A stretch of 57,079 nucleotides of DNA, filler included, from Sluysia triapertura (Eukaryota): NCBI GenBank assembly GCA_046118255.1. It is 4 parts of 4 records of this genome, joined end to end, with 100 filler letters (N's around TTAATTAATTAA, not from the genome) between each part and the next. Parts side by side here need not be neighbours in the genome. Positions count along the whole stretch, not along the records: positions 18,803 to 32,494 come from JBJNIA010024620.1; positions 32,595 to 44,719 come from JBJNIA010137062.1; 2 more parts are not named here. One strand, given 5' to 3'. Made by a program: the position numbers and the translations under genes. Below the pieces are notes generated by a model. It ran no database searches and had not been told where the DNA came from. It saw only the letters and a program-made list of their open reading frames with translations. This document shows positions 27,020 through 39,510 of this stretch, in pieces (position 1 is the stretch's first letter; every line of letters starts with the position of its first letter).

Positions 27020-27950
27020 TCTATGATCATTCTGGATTTTGAGGAATGATTTGGAGATGAAACCCTCGAGGAGGCATTTGAGTATCCTTGAGCTCTTGAG
27101 CCCTGGGTCCATTTGAGACTTCATCAACTTATAAGAATCTTTAAGAAATTTTAGTAGCATTATAAGGTGTTTGAAATATTTGAGAAGTAAAGCTATTAAC
27201 CTAATAATTAACGTAAATAAGTATAAAAAGGAATCAAGGAATTAAAGCTTTTAGAATCCCCCGAGTGGCTTATAAAGTACCAAACAACTTTAACCCTTTC
27301 AATTCTACGGGGATACATAAGTCCCAGAGAATGTTCAAAAATTTCAAAATCCGAAATTATGTAAACATGTTCCTTTACTTATTTACAGCACATTTAATTC
27401 AGTTATACAGAAATATCTTCACTGGCCAAAAGTCGTATTGAAAGGGTTAAATATAATAAGTCAAAAATGGATTAGTTAATTAAAATCTTAATTAATTTAA
27501 TTAAGGAAAAGTACGTTTTTTTGAATAACGTTTGAATTCGGAATACTATGTATGTTTTACAAAGATATTTTTGAAAATATGGTTTGACTGAGCTTTAATA
27601 TTGAATTAAGTCAAATTTTAATTAATTCTCAATTATGAAATGTTGAATTTTTAATATTTGGATTGATTAAAAGAGAATGAATGATTGCTGTGAAAGAGGA
27701 GAATCTGGAGGTAAGTGGTTTGTTTAAGAATAAAAACCTTAAACATTTTTCATTAGCAAATTCGGTGTGAAATATTGAAAATCAATTAAACTCTAAAAAC
27801 TAAAGTTAAATTCATTTTTTATGTACGTCGACAGTACCGATGGTTATTTTAATGTCTTAAGCAATATTTTACTTAAGTAAAATACATCGAGCAGAATAAA
27901 AGAAAAGTAATGGCTTATCGTTGATCATTTTTGTGTTTTGTACCTGTTCA
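27020..27950 (-). repeat. Dispersed repeat segment B, interrupted by a MITE
   Basis: Reverse complement aligns with 17440-18400. Confidence 0.7.
27294..27446. mobile_element. piggyBac-type MITE (153 bp)
   Basis: TTAA-CCCTTTCAAT ... ATTGAAAGGG-TTAA. Confidence 0.8.
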
Positions 27951-30059
27951 ACTTTTGCTAAGTTTAAAACAATTATAATATTAATGTGATATGGGTCCGC
28001 CTGCGTAATACGATTTATCTTACGAAAAGGACGTATCCACAGGTAATGTCAAGTCTGCGAAAGAGTAGCTTAATCTTTGGAGTGATGAAACGAAGGTCAA
28101 TATATTAACTTTTAGTTTTATTTCTCTTTATAAATTAATTCCCACGTTAAAATTAATCGTTTGAAAGAATCTATCTCTTTTATTAAGTTGTTTAACAATT
28201 TAAATTAAAGCTATCTCTTCAAATATGTAACTTTAAGGGTGTAACAATTGTAAGTAGCTTTATAATTCTTTATAGTTGTCAAAAAACACTGATCTTTTCT
28301 TAATTTTACAGTAGTTTATCTTTCCAAAGAAAAATCAATTTAGAAACAGTAAAATTATTTATTCAGTAGTCAACAATAATATGATAATTTTTTTAGAAAG
28401 TCGATTCAAATAAAAAGAAATAACAAAATAATAATATAATGATAATGACACATAATGCAAAAATATTACAAATTTATAATTCAGATTTTAATATGGATTT
28501 TGATCCAGGCTAATGCTTAGATTTTAAATTGAAGGGTATTTTAAGTCTGATTTTAATGCAAGATATCTATGCACAAATTTCTAACAAGAATGAGCTTACT
28601 TATTGGTATAATACATTAAAAAACCTCCAATTTGTGGATATTCCAATAATTTGATTAAGATAAAATCCTGTTTGAACGAATTCTTCCTTTGAAAATTATA
28701 ATCTCGATTAGTTACTTTACTTCTATTGTCAGCTATTTATATGATTTCAAAGGTCGAATGATTGGCAGATAAGTAATTGTTTAATATTTATAAATAAATA
28801 ATGATTAATTATTATTTTCGTAATTTATAAATTCGTAATAAGTCCACATAAATGATGACTGATTATTATTTTCATAATTTAATAAGTTCACATAAATAAT
28901 GACTAATTTTTATAAAAGTGCGGAATAAATTTGATTTTTACTAATTTTAATTAATTTACAGATTTAATTAATTACAAAAATTCAAAATTTCAGTTTTTTA
29001 ATTTACAAATTTGATTTTATAATTTTATAGTATTTACAATATTAATTTATTAATTTACAAATTTAATTACAAAAATTCTTATACATTTTACAAATTTACA
29101 CTTCTATATAGTATTTACATACCTAATAAAGTCTAATTTACCGTGCCATGAAATTATCGAAGCTGTTATTGTTGGTTTAAGTCTCAAAGGAGTTTCTAAT
29201 GAACTTACAAATTATTAGTATGATAATTACACGAATTTAAAATGTAGTTAAAATTCTCACATTTTCTAAAGTCGATTTAATGAAGCTTAAAATTTAAAAA
29301 ATTAAATTAAGTCGAAAATTTTTCATTTATAGTGTGAAAATTTAATTTTACTTTAACCTTGGCTTTGTATCTATGTGTTAATGTGAGTCCTCTATGATAT
29401 TGGGTTTACACACTTAAGGGCCAATTCATAGATGTCAGCGTAAAAAGGATGTTGAAAGCCTTATGGAGGTAATCATAGCAAATATTCAAATGGTTATAAT
29501 TCAGATCCGCTATTTAGCGAGAAATTTATATGAGATCTAAAATGATACAATGTGTACAAATGTTTAATTTATTATAACAAACTTGTAATTTATTATGGTT
29601 GTAAATTACTTTAAGGGTATTTTGCAACTATATAAATTAATTAACTATCGTTAAGATTGTCTTAAGACTAACTAATACCAAAGAAGGTAAATACGTATTA
29701 ATATTACAACATATGGAATAAAATTTGAATAATTTATTAACAAAAGTAATAAGGTTGTGTATTACAATAATAATCTTATAATAGTTTATTTACAAACACA
29801 AAAATAGTAAGAAAAATAGTAACGTTATAGTGGTATAATATTCGAATAACAAAATCGGAAATGTTACAACGTTCAATATTACAGTATTATAAGATAAATG
29901 TTAATGTTAAAATTACGATATTTCATATTATAATACTTAGGAAAAAGTAAGTGTGATAATCAGTAATGTTGCAGCGTGAACTCAATTTGTAATCACAATA
30001 TAATATTAATGTTTATAATTCGTGAATAATAAAAAAATTAAATATTATTGTTCAACAAT

Positions 30060-30335
30060 AATGCTAGACTTCATAAAATGGGCTCACCGGGGACCTCTCG
30101 ATGCTCTACTCACTAAGCTATCAGCCCCGTCTAACAATTTTTAGATTATTATAGTCAACCATACCAAATGGTACCTTAGGCCTATATCCCAACATATTTC
30201 ACCCAATTCAAATATGTTTGTCCTTAAACATCTTGTAAATCATTTAATGCAACATCAGAAGGGTATTCGATATGTTACCAAATGTTAGACTTCATAAAAT
30301 GGGCTGACTGGGATCGAATCCTGTGCTCTAGTCAC
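30060..30335 (-). repeat. tRNA-derived repeat (two degenerate tRNA-like heads in tandem; SINE-like or pseudo-tRNA)
   Basis: Minus strand has GGGCTGATAGCTTAGTGAGTAGAGCA (A box) and GATTCGATCCCAGTCAGCCCA (B box; acceptor arms GGGCTGA/TCAGCCC). Both heads are followed by TTTTATGAAGTCTA. The anticodon arm is missing. Confidence 0.7.
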
Positions 30336-32209
30336 AATGTTCTTAGTCAATATTGTAAAAGAAAAGATTTGCTTATAAACTGTATTTACGTACGAACCTT
30401 TTGTTAAAGTTAAAATATTTGCTTGCGTTCAGCTACAATCAAAGTAAAGTAGGTGTGTCTATAGCTATGACGACAATTATGTAACGCATATGTTAATGAA
30501 TTAAACACTGATACTTATAATTTTAAGTGGTATAGATACTGGAAATGCATATCAAATTAATCACAAAAACATAATAGTTGACACAAAATTAATATTTTCA
30601 ATACACATTTTGTTATTTGTACAATAAGTTTATAATAATGGTAATTGTCGAGTATTACAATTAAAACGCAAAATATTGAAGAAAATGATTCGTCTATAAT
30701 GAATGTCTTATAACATATTGGCATGTACCCCTCTGGGATTTTTCTTATTAATTTTAAATGGCAAATTAAACTATGCAGTTAATACTTTTGAGTATGTCAA
30801 CTTTTATGTTATCTTAAAGTGCGAAGCTAAATATTTCTGAATATCTATTCAAAGTCCTTATTCCATTTAAACTAAATAGTAATTCAGTGCTTTTAATGAT
30901 TCAAATTTATCTGTCCAAAATACGTAATCAAACTTCTATTTTCTCGAAAAATGCGTTCTAGGTTGTTTATGGCAACAGTAAACGTTAATTATAAAGTTAT
31001 GTGTGTTACCTACTTGCTTAAGGTAATAACAATAGTGAACAGCTCCTTTGCGAGATTAAATAAATTATTTGGTTGATTAAGACAATTTAGAAAAATTATA
31101 ATTTCAATGTACGAAAGTAACAAAATAACTATGAGACTAAAAAACAATGAAAACACAGTAATTATAAATATTTTCAGAATATTAAAGTAAATTTAACATT
31201 CGTAATTTTAGAATTTTAATTTTTAAACTACTAAAATAAATATTGATATTTTAAGTGGATTTTAGAACCTTGATTAACCAATGTAAAACTGTCAAATAGT
31301 TTGGTTTGTGTATTGATTGTCAAATAACAATGTTCCACTGTGGTTCTAAACGCTTTTATTAGTGAGTACAACTTAAATAATGTCGTTTCTAGTAGAGTGG
31401 TATTAGGTTGAATAAATTAGTGAACCTTTTGATTTCACATATAGTGATGTAATTACTGTAGATAATCTTTTTGTTACTACAAGTATTAATACAATAATTT
31501 TATTGTGACATTTGTACTTCGAGTCGAGGAAAAACCTATGTAACTGCTGAGTTAATTTTGCGTTCAAGATTTTTTATTTCAAAAAAGGTACGACATCCTA
31601 AATAACGCATTTATTTTTAAAATTATTTAGTAACATGGACGTGACTTCACGTTCATTTATGCTTTAAGAATAAAAATCAATGAAAAATTTGTAATTAAAA
31701 GCCCTTTGCATTTGTAATTAAAAGCTTTCATTCAATCAAGTTGAAAACATTGATAAGATTGCTTAATTATAATTTTAAGGTTTACTTTTAGAAAACCAAA
31801 ACACTTGTCCACAGGGTTTTGGTAAAATAAACAGAGGTTTAAATTCTGTTTATTTAGTCATTTATCATTTTGCAATGGTTTGTAAGGCTACATTAAATGA
31901 ACTCTTAATGTTATAATGCTTGTAAATTTTATTGTTTTGGTTTTCTAAAAATGAATATATAGTAGATTGTGAGCTTCAATAACGCCGTAAATTACAATGT
32001 AATTCTTGTTTGAAGATTTGTTAGGTTTTCGTCATATTAATAAATAAAATTTGTCCTTTATACTATGTAATGTTACGCAGCTGATTATTTTAAAACTTAT
32101 TTCAGCTGTTTTTTCAAAATTATTTTATTATTTCAGCTGTAAAATTATTGCAATTGATTATTTCTGTGATTTTAAAATTGATACAGCTGATTTTTAAAAT
32201 TAAAAGTAT

Positions 32210-32490
32210 TTATAAGTGTGTGGAGGGCAGTGCGTAATTTAATTCAATAAATTCTGAAATAATTCTATTTTTACTTACATGTAAGATTACTTTAAAATAA
32301 TAAATTACGGTTAAATTAACATAATTTAAACATATTATTTTTTTCTTTATAAACATAGGCTTAATGCCTGAAACAATTAAAAACAAACACGTAATTATTA
32401 AATTTAATAAACTGACAAAATCTGTAAACATAAAAATATAAACGTTTATACAATAGTATAATAAATATAGAGATAAAAATTGAATAAAAT
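32210..32490 (-). repeat. Dispersed repeat family D
   Basis: Copy of 20470-20720. Confidence 0.8.
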
Positions 32491-32494
32491 TAAC

Positions 32495-32594
32495 NNNNNN
32501 NNNNNNNNNNNNNNNNNNNNNNNNNNNNNNNNNNNNNNTTAATTAATTAANNNNNNNNNNNNNNNNNNNNNNNNNNNNNNNNNNNNNNNNNNNN
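32495..32594. other. Artificial contig linker
   Basis: N44-TTAATTAATTAA-N44. Confidence 0.95.
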
Positions 32595-32619
32595 CAAAGT
32601 TGGGCAATCCCAACAATAA

Positions 32620-32925
32620 CAATTAATTTATTTCTCAAATATGTTAAAGACTTTAAATACTAAAGGAAGTCAAATGCTTGTCGATGTTCCAAGAGTACTT
32701 AAAGGTTACTAAGGTCTTAAATGATCTAATGGTTCACAAGTTCAAAGGTGCCTTGATGATTCGAAAGGTTTTCCAAGTCCATCTCAAGTTTCCATAAAGT
32801 CTCAAAACCTTATATAGGTCTTTGGAACTCCAAGGTATTCTTTAGCTGTTAACATTATTATATATGTTTTCACTTTCATGATTCTTATTCCAAACATGTA
32901 TATCATGTTCAATCCATCATCTTGT
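32620..32925 (+). repeat. Dispersed repeat segment B (3' part)
   Basis: Aligns with 18130-18400. Confidence 0.75.
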
Positions 32926-33013
32926 ATAAGTTTTTCCTTCATTTATAGTCCTATACATTTCTAACTCATCTATTTATTAACAGTTTAGCAATCCCTATAA
33001 ATATATATATATA

Positions 33014-33562
33014 CAGTGTTGGCCAAATTATTAGACTTAATACCATTTTTATGATAAAATTCAACATTTTTCAAGGATACTATGAAACTATTAATCAAAA
33101 GCGTATAAAAACATTGTTACGGAAAAGTGTAAAATGTTGGAAAATAACTACTTTCTCTAAAGTAAAATAATAGATAAATAATAAGTAAAATAATAATAAA
33201 ATAATAAATAATAGGTTAAATAATAAATCAAAAACATACAGAAATTTTATTCATGTAGAATGATAAAATTTACTACAAATCAAATATGTACTTTACTTGC
33301 CCTCCTTTATTATCAAATAATTTCCTGATCCTTAAAGACATACACGGATGATCTCGTCATCGTGATGCCACAATTTTATCAGGGTTTCAATAAGTTCTGT
33401 GCTGGTGGTTGGTCTACGGGTAGAAACTTTCCTTTTGACAATCTCCTATAGACTTTCTATTGGATTCATGTATGCAGAGTTTCCAGGCCAGGGTAGCAAA
33501 TATTAAGAAAACCAAATAAAACATACTTTTCCCGTTTTAGTCTAACAATTTAGCTACCACTG
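33014..33562 (-). mobile_element. Non-autonomous Tc1 element (549 bp)
   Basis: TIRs CAGTGTTGGCCAAATTATTAGACT / revcomp CAGTGGTAGCTAAATTGTTAGACT, with TA on both sides. Residual transposase LPWPGNSAYMNPIESL*EIVKRK. Confidence 0.9.
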
Positions 33563-34511
33563 TATATAAATACATAAAATTTTTATTAAAAGTTAACAAT
33601 GTTTATACGTAGTTAATTACCTGTTTACTTTATTAAATATAATTTTAGTTTGTGTTTATACCTTATTTTATAAAGTCATTTATTTTATTCTTTTATATTA
33701 TTAATCTTCGTTATGTAATAAATCTCCGTTTTTGTTGTGAATTAATAGTTTAAAAAATAATTAAAGAGTTTAATTGAAAGCATTGAATTTTACTTGATTA
33801 AAATTTACTTTATACGGAACATTTACAAAGAATTTTAATTTCGTTCTCCAAGGAATTCAATAAGTCAGTTTTAAGTGAAATAAAATTCAAAAAAATTCAG
33901 TTGAGAACTGCATTTAACTTAATAAGATATTCAGTACGATTAAGAAGAGTTTCATCATCTAAAAATATAATTAAGAGGCGAATTATTTACGTACACGTCG
34001 CCTTGAACATTAACTGTGGAACGTAAGTGAACCCATTAAGTATTTAAGTAATTTATATTGATTTATAATTTTTATATTCGTTATTTCATTGAGATTCGAT
34101 TTTTCTTATTGTTGTTATATAATTGGTTCTATTAATTTAATATAAGAACATTTACGAACTGTTTCGATTTAAACTTAAATTAAAATAATTTTGAGTACTA
34201 CGAACATCAATGAAATTTTTTTAAGATAAGATGATAGGCGAGACTTCTTCCTTTTTGTACCATAATGCGCAAAAGTTTTCTAGCATTTTAACTTTGATAT
34301 TAACATTTTTTAGCAATACAATTAATAATGGCTTCAATTTTTATTTTTCGCCTCTAAAATTTTATTACTGTCACTTTTTCTTTCATTAGTCATCAAATAC
34401 TTATTACAAAACTATTTGTGAACATACGCGGTACGATTAATTTTATAATGCAAAATCTGAAAAACAAAACCATTGATTTATTAAAACTATATCATAAATT
34501 TGATTAATATT

Positions 34512-35706
34512 TTAGTCCACAACTTCCATTTTATTTTCATTATTTTCTCGCTTCGCTTTTCGTCGATTTGCCGATAGTTCTTCTGCTTTTTCCACTAAAC
34601 CAGACAATTTTCCTTCTTCGGCTAATATTTTCAACAATTCAACAATAAAAGGAACATAATTGTGACGTCGACGAATGTTTTCAATTCGATATTTTTCATG
34701 CTTATTCTTTTCTACTTGAATACTGGAAATTATTTGTGGTATTTGTTCTTCCTAAAAAAAGATAAATATTTTTTTAGAAATTTAATTTAATGTAATTAGA
34801 ATATGAATACGACTTTTTCGTTCTAATTTACATTTAATTTAGTCATCAATTTCTGAAACTATGTGAAACATTAACTCAAACGTTTTCATATGTCACTGAT
34901 TTATAAAACAATTTTTACCGGATCACCAGCTTCCTGCAATAGTTTTAATTGTTTCTCTAACAACTCCAGTTTATCGGGAACTAATGCCATTATATTGAAA
35001 AATGTGTTTGAATATTTATTCATTCGTTCAACAATAACTGGTTTAATTGTTTCAATCCACGTTTTACCTTCTGAAATTTCACCCAAATCAATAGGACCAT
35101 CTTGTAAACCATCTAGCTCATATAATCTACCTCCAATAGGCATATACCCAATAAAATGATACACGTCCTGATTATCACAATAACTTTTATCTTCTAATTC
35201 ATAAAACGTTGTTGACCTGAAACTATTATGAACTTTACGAATTTCATCAGAATTCGATATTGTTAAACCTTTAGTCTAAATCCAAATACTATAGAAGAAT
35301 AAATCTTACACAAGAATCAAATGTTGAACAAAATTCTTTTAAGTCTTGTAATGTTTTGCCTAATTCAGCATCTTTTAAATTAAATAAAATATTCAATATA
35401 GCCTGTGTTGCACATGCGTTTGTAATAACCTTAAAATTAACATTAAATTTAAAATATGCAAACCTGCTTTGCAAAAAATATGTTCTCTAATTTATCTTGG
35501 TCAGTAATTTCTCGTTTGGTGTTCAATTCTTTTTCCCATTTAAATAAAAATATTATTCCATATGGTTCCGACATATTATTCATATAATCCAAATCAATTA
35601 TTTCTTCGCATTCAATACCATTTACTCCAAATCCTTTAATAATTTCTGTAAAAACTCCTGGGTCACTTTCAATTAAGCACCATTCTCCTGTATCTCGAAT
35701 AGCCAT
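34512..35706 (-). CDS. UCHL5: Ubiquitin carboxyl-terminal hydrolase L5 (UCH37), 4 exons: 35706-35464, 35429-35310, 35275-34919, 34751-34512 (319 aa)
   Basis: Motifs GEWCLIESDPGVFTE, FFAKQVITNACATQA (catalytic Q/C), YHFIGY..LYELDGL (H/D) and C-terminal ENIRRRHNYVPFIVELLKILA. Three phase-0 GT-AG introns (34, 34, 167 bp) give an open 960-nt CDS. Confidence 0.96.
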
Positions 35707-36430
35707 TCAAATAATTTTCAAAAATATAAAATATTAAAAAATTACATCAAAGTTTATAATAAATAAACTGAAATTATAAAATACAATATAAAGTTTAAAT
35801 ACTACAATTTAATTTATTATTTTAAAAATACAATACTAAAAATTATACTATCTACATGTACTAAAAATTTAATTAAAAAATTATACTAAAACAAACACAT
35901 AAATCATTAGATATAAAAAATATTTTTTATTTTCCAAAAACTACAATTTAAAAAAATAAGGAGATTTTCTGAATAACAATTACAAAATTGTCAAAAATGT
36001 AGAATTTTATTTTACGACATAACTTAAACTTATATTTTATTAATATTATTATATTACATTTTATATTTTATTATATTTTATATTATTATTATTATTGCTA
36101 GTTCTTTCTTACTCTAACAAAACATAATTAATATATTACGGGTTCCCCTAGAGTACAAATACTTGTTGCGAATTCGAGATCGAATTAATATAATTATTAT
36201 AAGCAAACACCAACACAACTTACATAAACAAGTTATTAAATAAGCTACATCTAAACCATTAAATAAAACTCAAGCATAGTTCTAATAATATGTTTGATTA
36301 AACCTTGTCCGTTATTGATATTGCAAGACTTGTTATACTTTTCATTACTGTCTTTATCCAAGTTAAAATTGAAATAATTTCTCCGAAATTATTTTTTCAA
36401 ATAAATACTGATTCTGATATGTTTTATATA

Positions 36431-37482
36431 ACAGAAAACATCAAATAATATGTGGACATCAGATAGTAGGTGTAACAAATTGTAGGTGGAGTTTAAAAAA
36501 TTTTTTACACCTACTATTTTAACAGTAAATTGTTTTTGTTTAATAATACAGGTCCTATTAATACAATTTTGAATTAGTTCTTGTCATCAACCCCACTACC
36601 ATGACGAAAAGAACATTCAGCATAGCTTTCAAGTCACAGTATTTATGGAGACAGGCAACACGGCCTATTCCGCAGCGAAGCACTTCTCTATTCGAGACAA
36701 AGTCGAGTATGCGGATACAGTATTTAAACAATGGTTCAATAATAAGGAAAGAATTCAAAAACAACAAAAGAGTTTCGGTTGCAGGTAGAAAGCGTATAGT
36801 GTGGGATTTATGCAGAGCCCACATATCCGAAAAGGTTAAAGATCACTGTGGAAGGAGAAATATTCATTTGATAGTTATTCCCGACGGTCTCACATCATAT
36901 CTTCAAGCGAGCGATATTGGAGTGAATAAGGAATTTAAGGATAAAGTTTTTGAAAAGATAAACCAGTGGAAGAACTCGAATTCCGTTCAATACACAAGAG
37001 TCGGTAATCCCAGACCGCCCGAACATGACGTGGTGAATTCCTGGATTAGTATTGCTTGGAATGTACTATCCATCAACATCATTCAAAGATCAATCAATGC
37101 AGCAGGATTTTCTGCAAATTATTCTGATTGGCATATAGCAAACCATGATATATATGGTGAAGCTTCCTTTGAAAAGTATCTATCAGAAGTTAACGAAGAC
37201 AATAACCACGCAACAACGAAGAAATGCTCGATGATGATGAGTTTGTTATAATTGATGAATAAATGTCATTGTATTTTTTAATCTTCTATATAAAAGCTTC
37301 TACCTAAGATTTTATTTGTTTAAGAATAATTTTAGTTTTTCAAATTCTTGTTGAATACAACTTTATTTATTGCACTTTTTTATGAAAGCATCGAATAATA
37401 GGTATAATCAAATAATAGGTGCATTTTTAAAAATACATCTATTATTTAAATAGAATGACACCTACTATTTGATGTTTTCCGT
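36431..37482 (+). mobile_element. pogo-family DNA transposon, internally deleted (about 1.05 kb)
   Basis: TIRs ACAGAAAACATCAAATAATATGTG / revcomp ACGGAAAACATCAAATAGTAGGTG, with TA flanks. Subterminal TAGGTG/CACCTA repeats. Confidence 0.88.
36601..37251 (+). CDS. Truncated pogo/DDE_1 transposase
   Basis: IVWDLCRAH...VIPDGLTSYLQASDIGVNKEFK matches the DDE_1 pattern LxxDxxxxH...IPxGxTxxLQPxDxxVNxxFK. The HTH region and first catalytic D appear to be missing. Confidence 0.8.
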   Translation: MTKRTFSIAFKSQYLWRQATRPIPQRSTSLFETKSSMRIQYLNNGSIIRKEFKNNKRVSVAGRKRIVWDLCRAHISEKVKDHCGRRNIHLIVIPDGLTSYLQASDIGVNKEFKDKVFEKINQWKNSNSVQYTRVGNPRPPEHDVVNSWISIAWNVLSINIIQRSINAAGFSANYSDWHIANHDIYGEASFEKYLSEVNEDNNHATTKKCSMMMSLL

Positions 37483-38904
37483 TAGTATTTGAAAGTTTTA
37501 TGAAATTTGGACTTATGTGCAAGAAATAAATCGTTGAACAGGATAAATTTATTAAGTATGTTCTATTTGAAAACATTATTTATTGTTTATTGACACTTTC
37601 ATATTTTTGAGGAAGTATATAATATTATAATATTATAATATTATAATACAGAATAATAATCCTGTAAATAATTTTTCAAATATAAAAGATAATATACTAT
37701 ACTAATTTGTATATCGTTAATATCTAAAATGAAATATTTATTTAAAAGCATTTAAGGTATATTATTCATTGTAATAATTAATGAATATAAAATATTTTGT
37801 CTTAAATATTTCGTAATATTACACTTATTTGAAACCTATCATTGTGTCGACTGCATAAGTTGTAATTTTTTTCGTATTTTTTATTATTCTTAGTTAGGAC
37901 TTTCATAACATAAGCATTTTCATTTTAATTCTACTCTTGATTTTATTGTACACTTTAAGATAAGATTTCTTAGATTGTAAAATTATTCTTACTAATTGAT
38001 TCAATAGTAATTGTAATTTTCTCTTATTCATTCACGGACTTATTATAATCTGTATTAATCGCATTCAACGATTGGCAATATTATTATTTTTTTATCATCA
38101 TTATTATTATTATTTTGAATATCATTATTATTATTATTATTATCTTCACTATTATTAATTTCATTATTTGTTAATTATTAGCTACTGATAATAATTATTA
38201 GTTATTGGCTAATAATTAACAAAATTATTAAATAAAATTATTATTATTATTAAATAATAAATAATAATAAAATAATATATTAATTAAATAACATGTTGCC
38301 TAAGCATATTCAAGAATGGAACGATACAAAAATGTGTTATAAAACTGATCTAAATCTCATTAGTTTTGCAGCTTTTCTTTGCCTAATTATAAATATTATT
38401 AAATATCATTTTGGAAGAGAAGATATTATATTCAAACCTTATGAAGGACTAAAATATATTTTGATCAAACTTAGTATTATAGAAATTACTGAAGATATTT
38501 TTTCGTTACAAGCTGATAATACTAGTTTGTTTTTATCATTGTTGATACCGTTTCAATTAGTTATAATCTTATTTCGTATGCAATTTAATAATTGGTTTTC
38601 ACTCTGTTTCAATTTAATGCTACTTGTGCAATACCAATAATAAAAAATAATTTAGACAATTGTTTAATAATAAATTTAATATAAAGTGAAAAGTCCTCCA
38701 AGAGGCTTAATTAATTATTGGCATCAATCGCGATCATCATCAGCTTGGTCTAATTCACAAACATCGAACACAAGTATAAGTAGTAATTATTATGTTTTAG
38801 GACTGTTTTATAATATAATCTTTGTTTTTTATTGTTGGTATTGTCCAACTGTGAATCTGGAGATGAACGAAAACATATAAAATCATAAAATGAAAAAAAA
38901 ACTG

Positions 38905-39510
38905 ATACAAAGTGATGAATTGAACATGATAAGCATTGTTGAAATAAGAATCATGAAAGAGAAAATATTTATAATAATCTTAACAGCTAAATAATATATT
39001 AAGGTTTCAAGGACCTATATAGGGTTTGAGACCTTATGGAAGCTTGAGATGGACTTGAAAAACCTTTAGAAGCATTAAAGTACCTTTGAACTTTTGTGAC
39101 GTTGGCCTAAAATATTTAAATAACATAATTACCATTAATTTTCTGGATATTATTAGTGTCCGATGCGTCACTCCTGGTTGTTTTGTCTTAATTGGATTGT
39201 AATTTCTTTGATTTTATTGTAAACGCTATTGTTATTTTTGTCGTTTTAGTGATTCTCATCATTTAGTAAAGATATTTATTGATAATAAATTATGTTACGA
39301 ATTTTTGTTTAATAGTACATTATTGTCTTGGCTTTGATTTTGATAGTCAAGAACTTAAATGTGCGATATTAGTTATTAATATTATAAAAGAGGATTACCA
39401 CAAAATCATAGTTTACATTTTGTTTTCTTAAATTATTAAGATTCTTTTAAGCTAATTAAGATAATATTGAGTTATCATAACTAATAAATTTTAAAGACGC
39501 AACAGATAAA
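38905..39510 (-). repeat. Dispersed repeat segments C and B joined
   Basis: 39510-39100 matches segment C and 39095-38905 matches the end of segment B, in the same order as at 16.5-18.4 kb. Confidence 0.7.

Noticed and set aside
28790-29110. TTACAAA-rich repetitive tract
   Set aside because: Degenerate AT low-complexity sequence with no stable period.
30060-30335. Functional tRNA genes
   Set aside because: Each head lacks the anticodon arm or the T arm, so no full cloverleaf can be formed.
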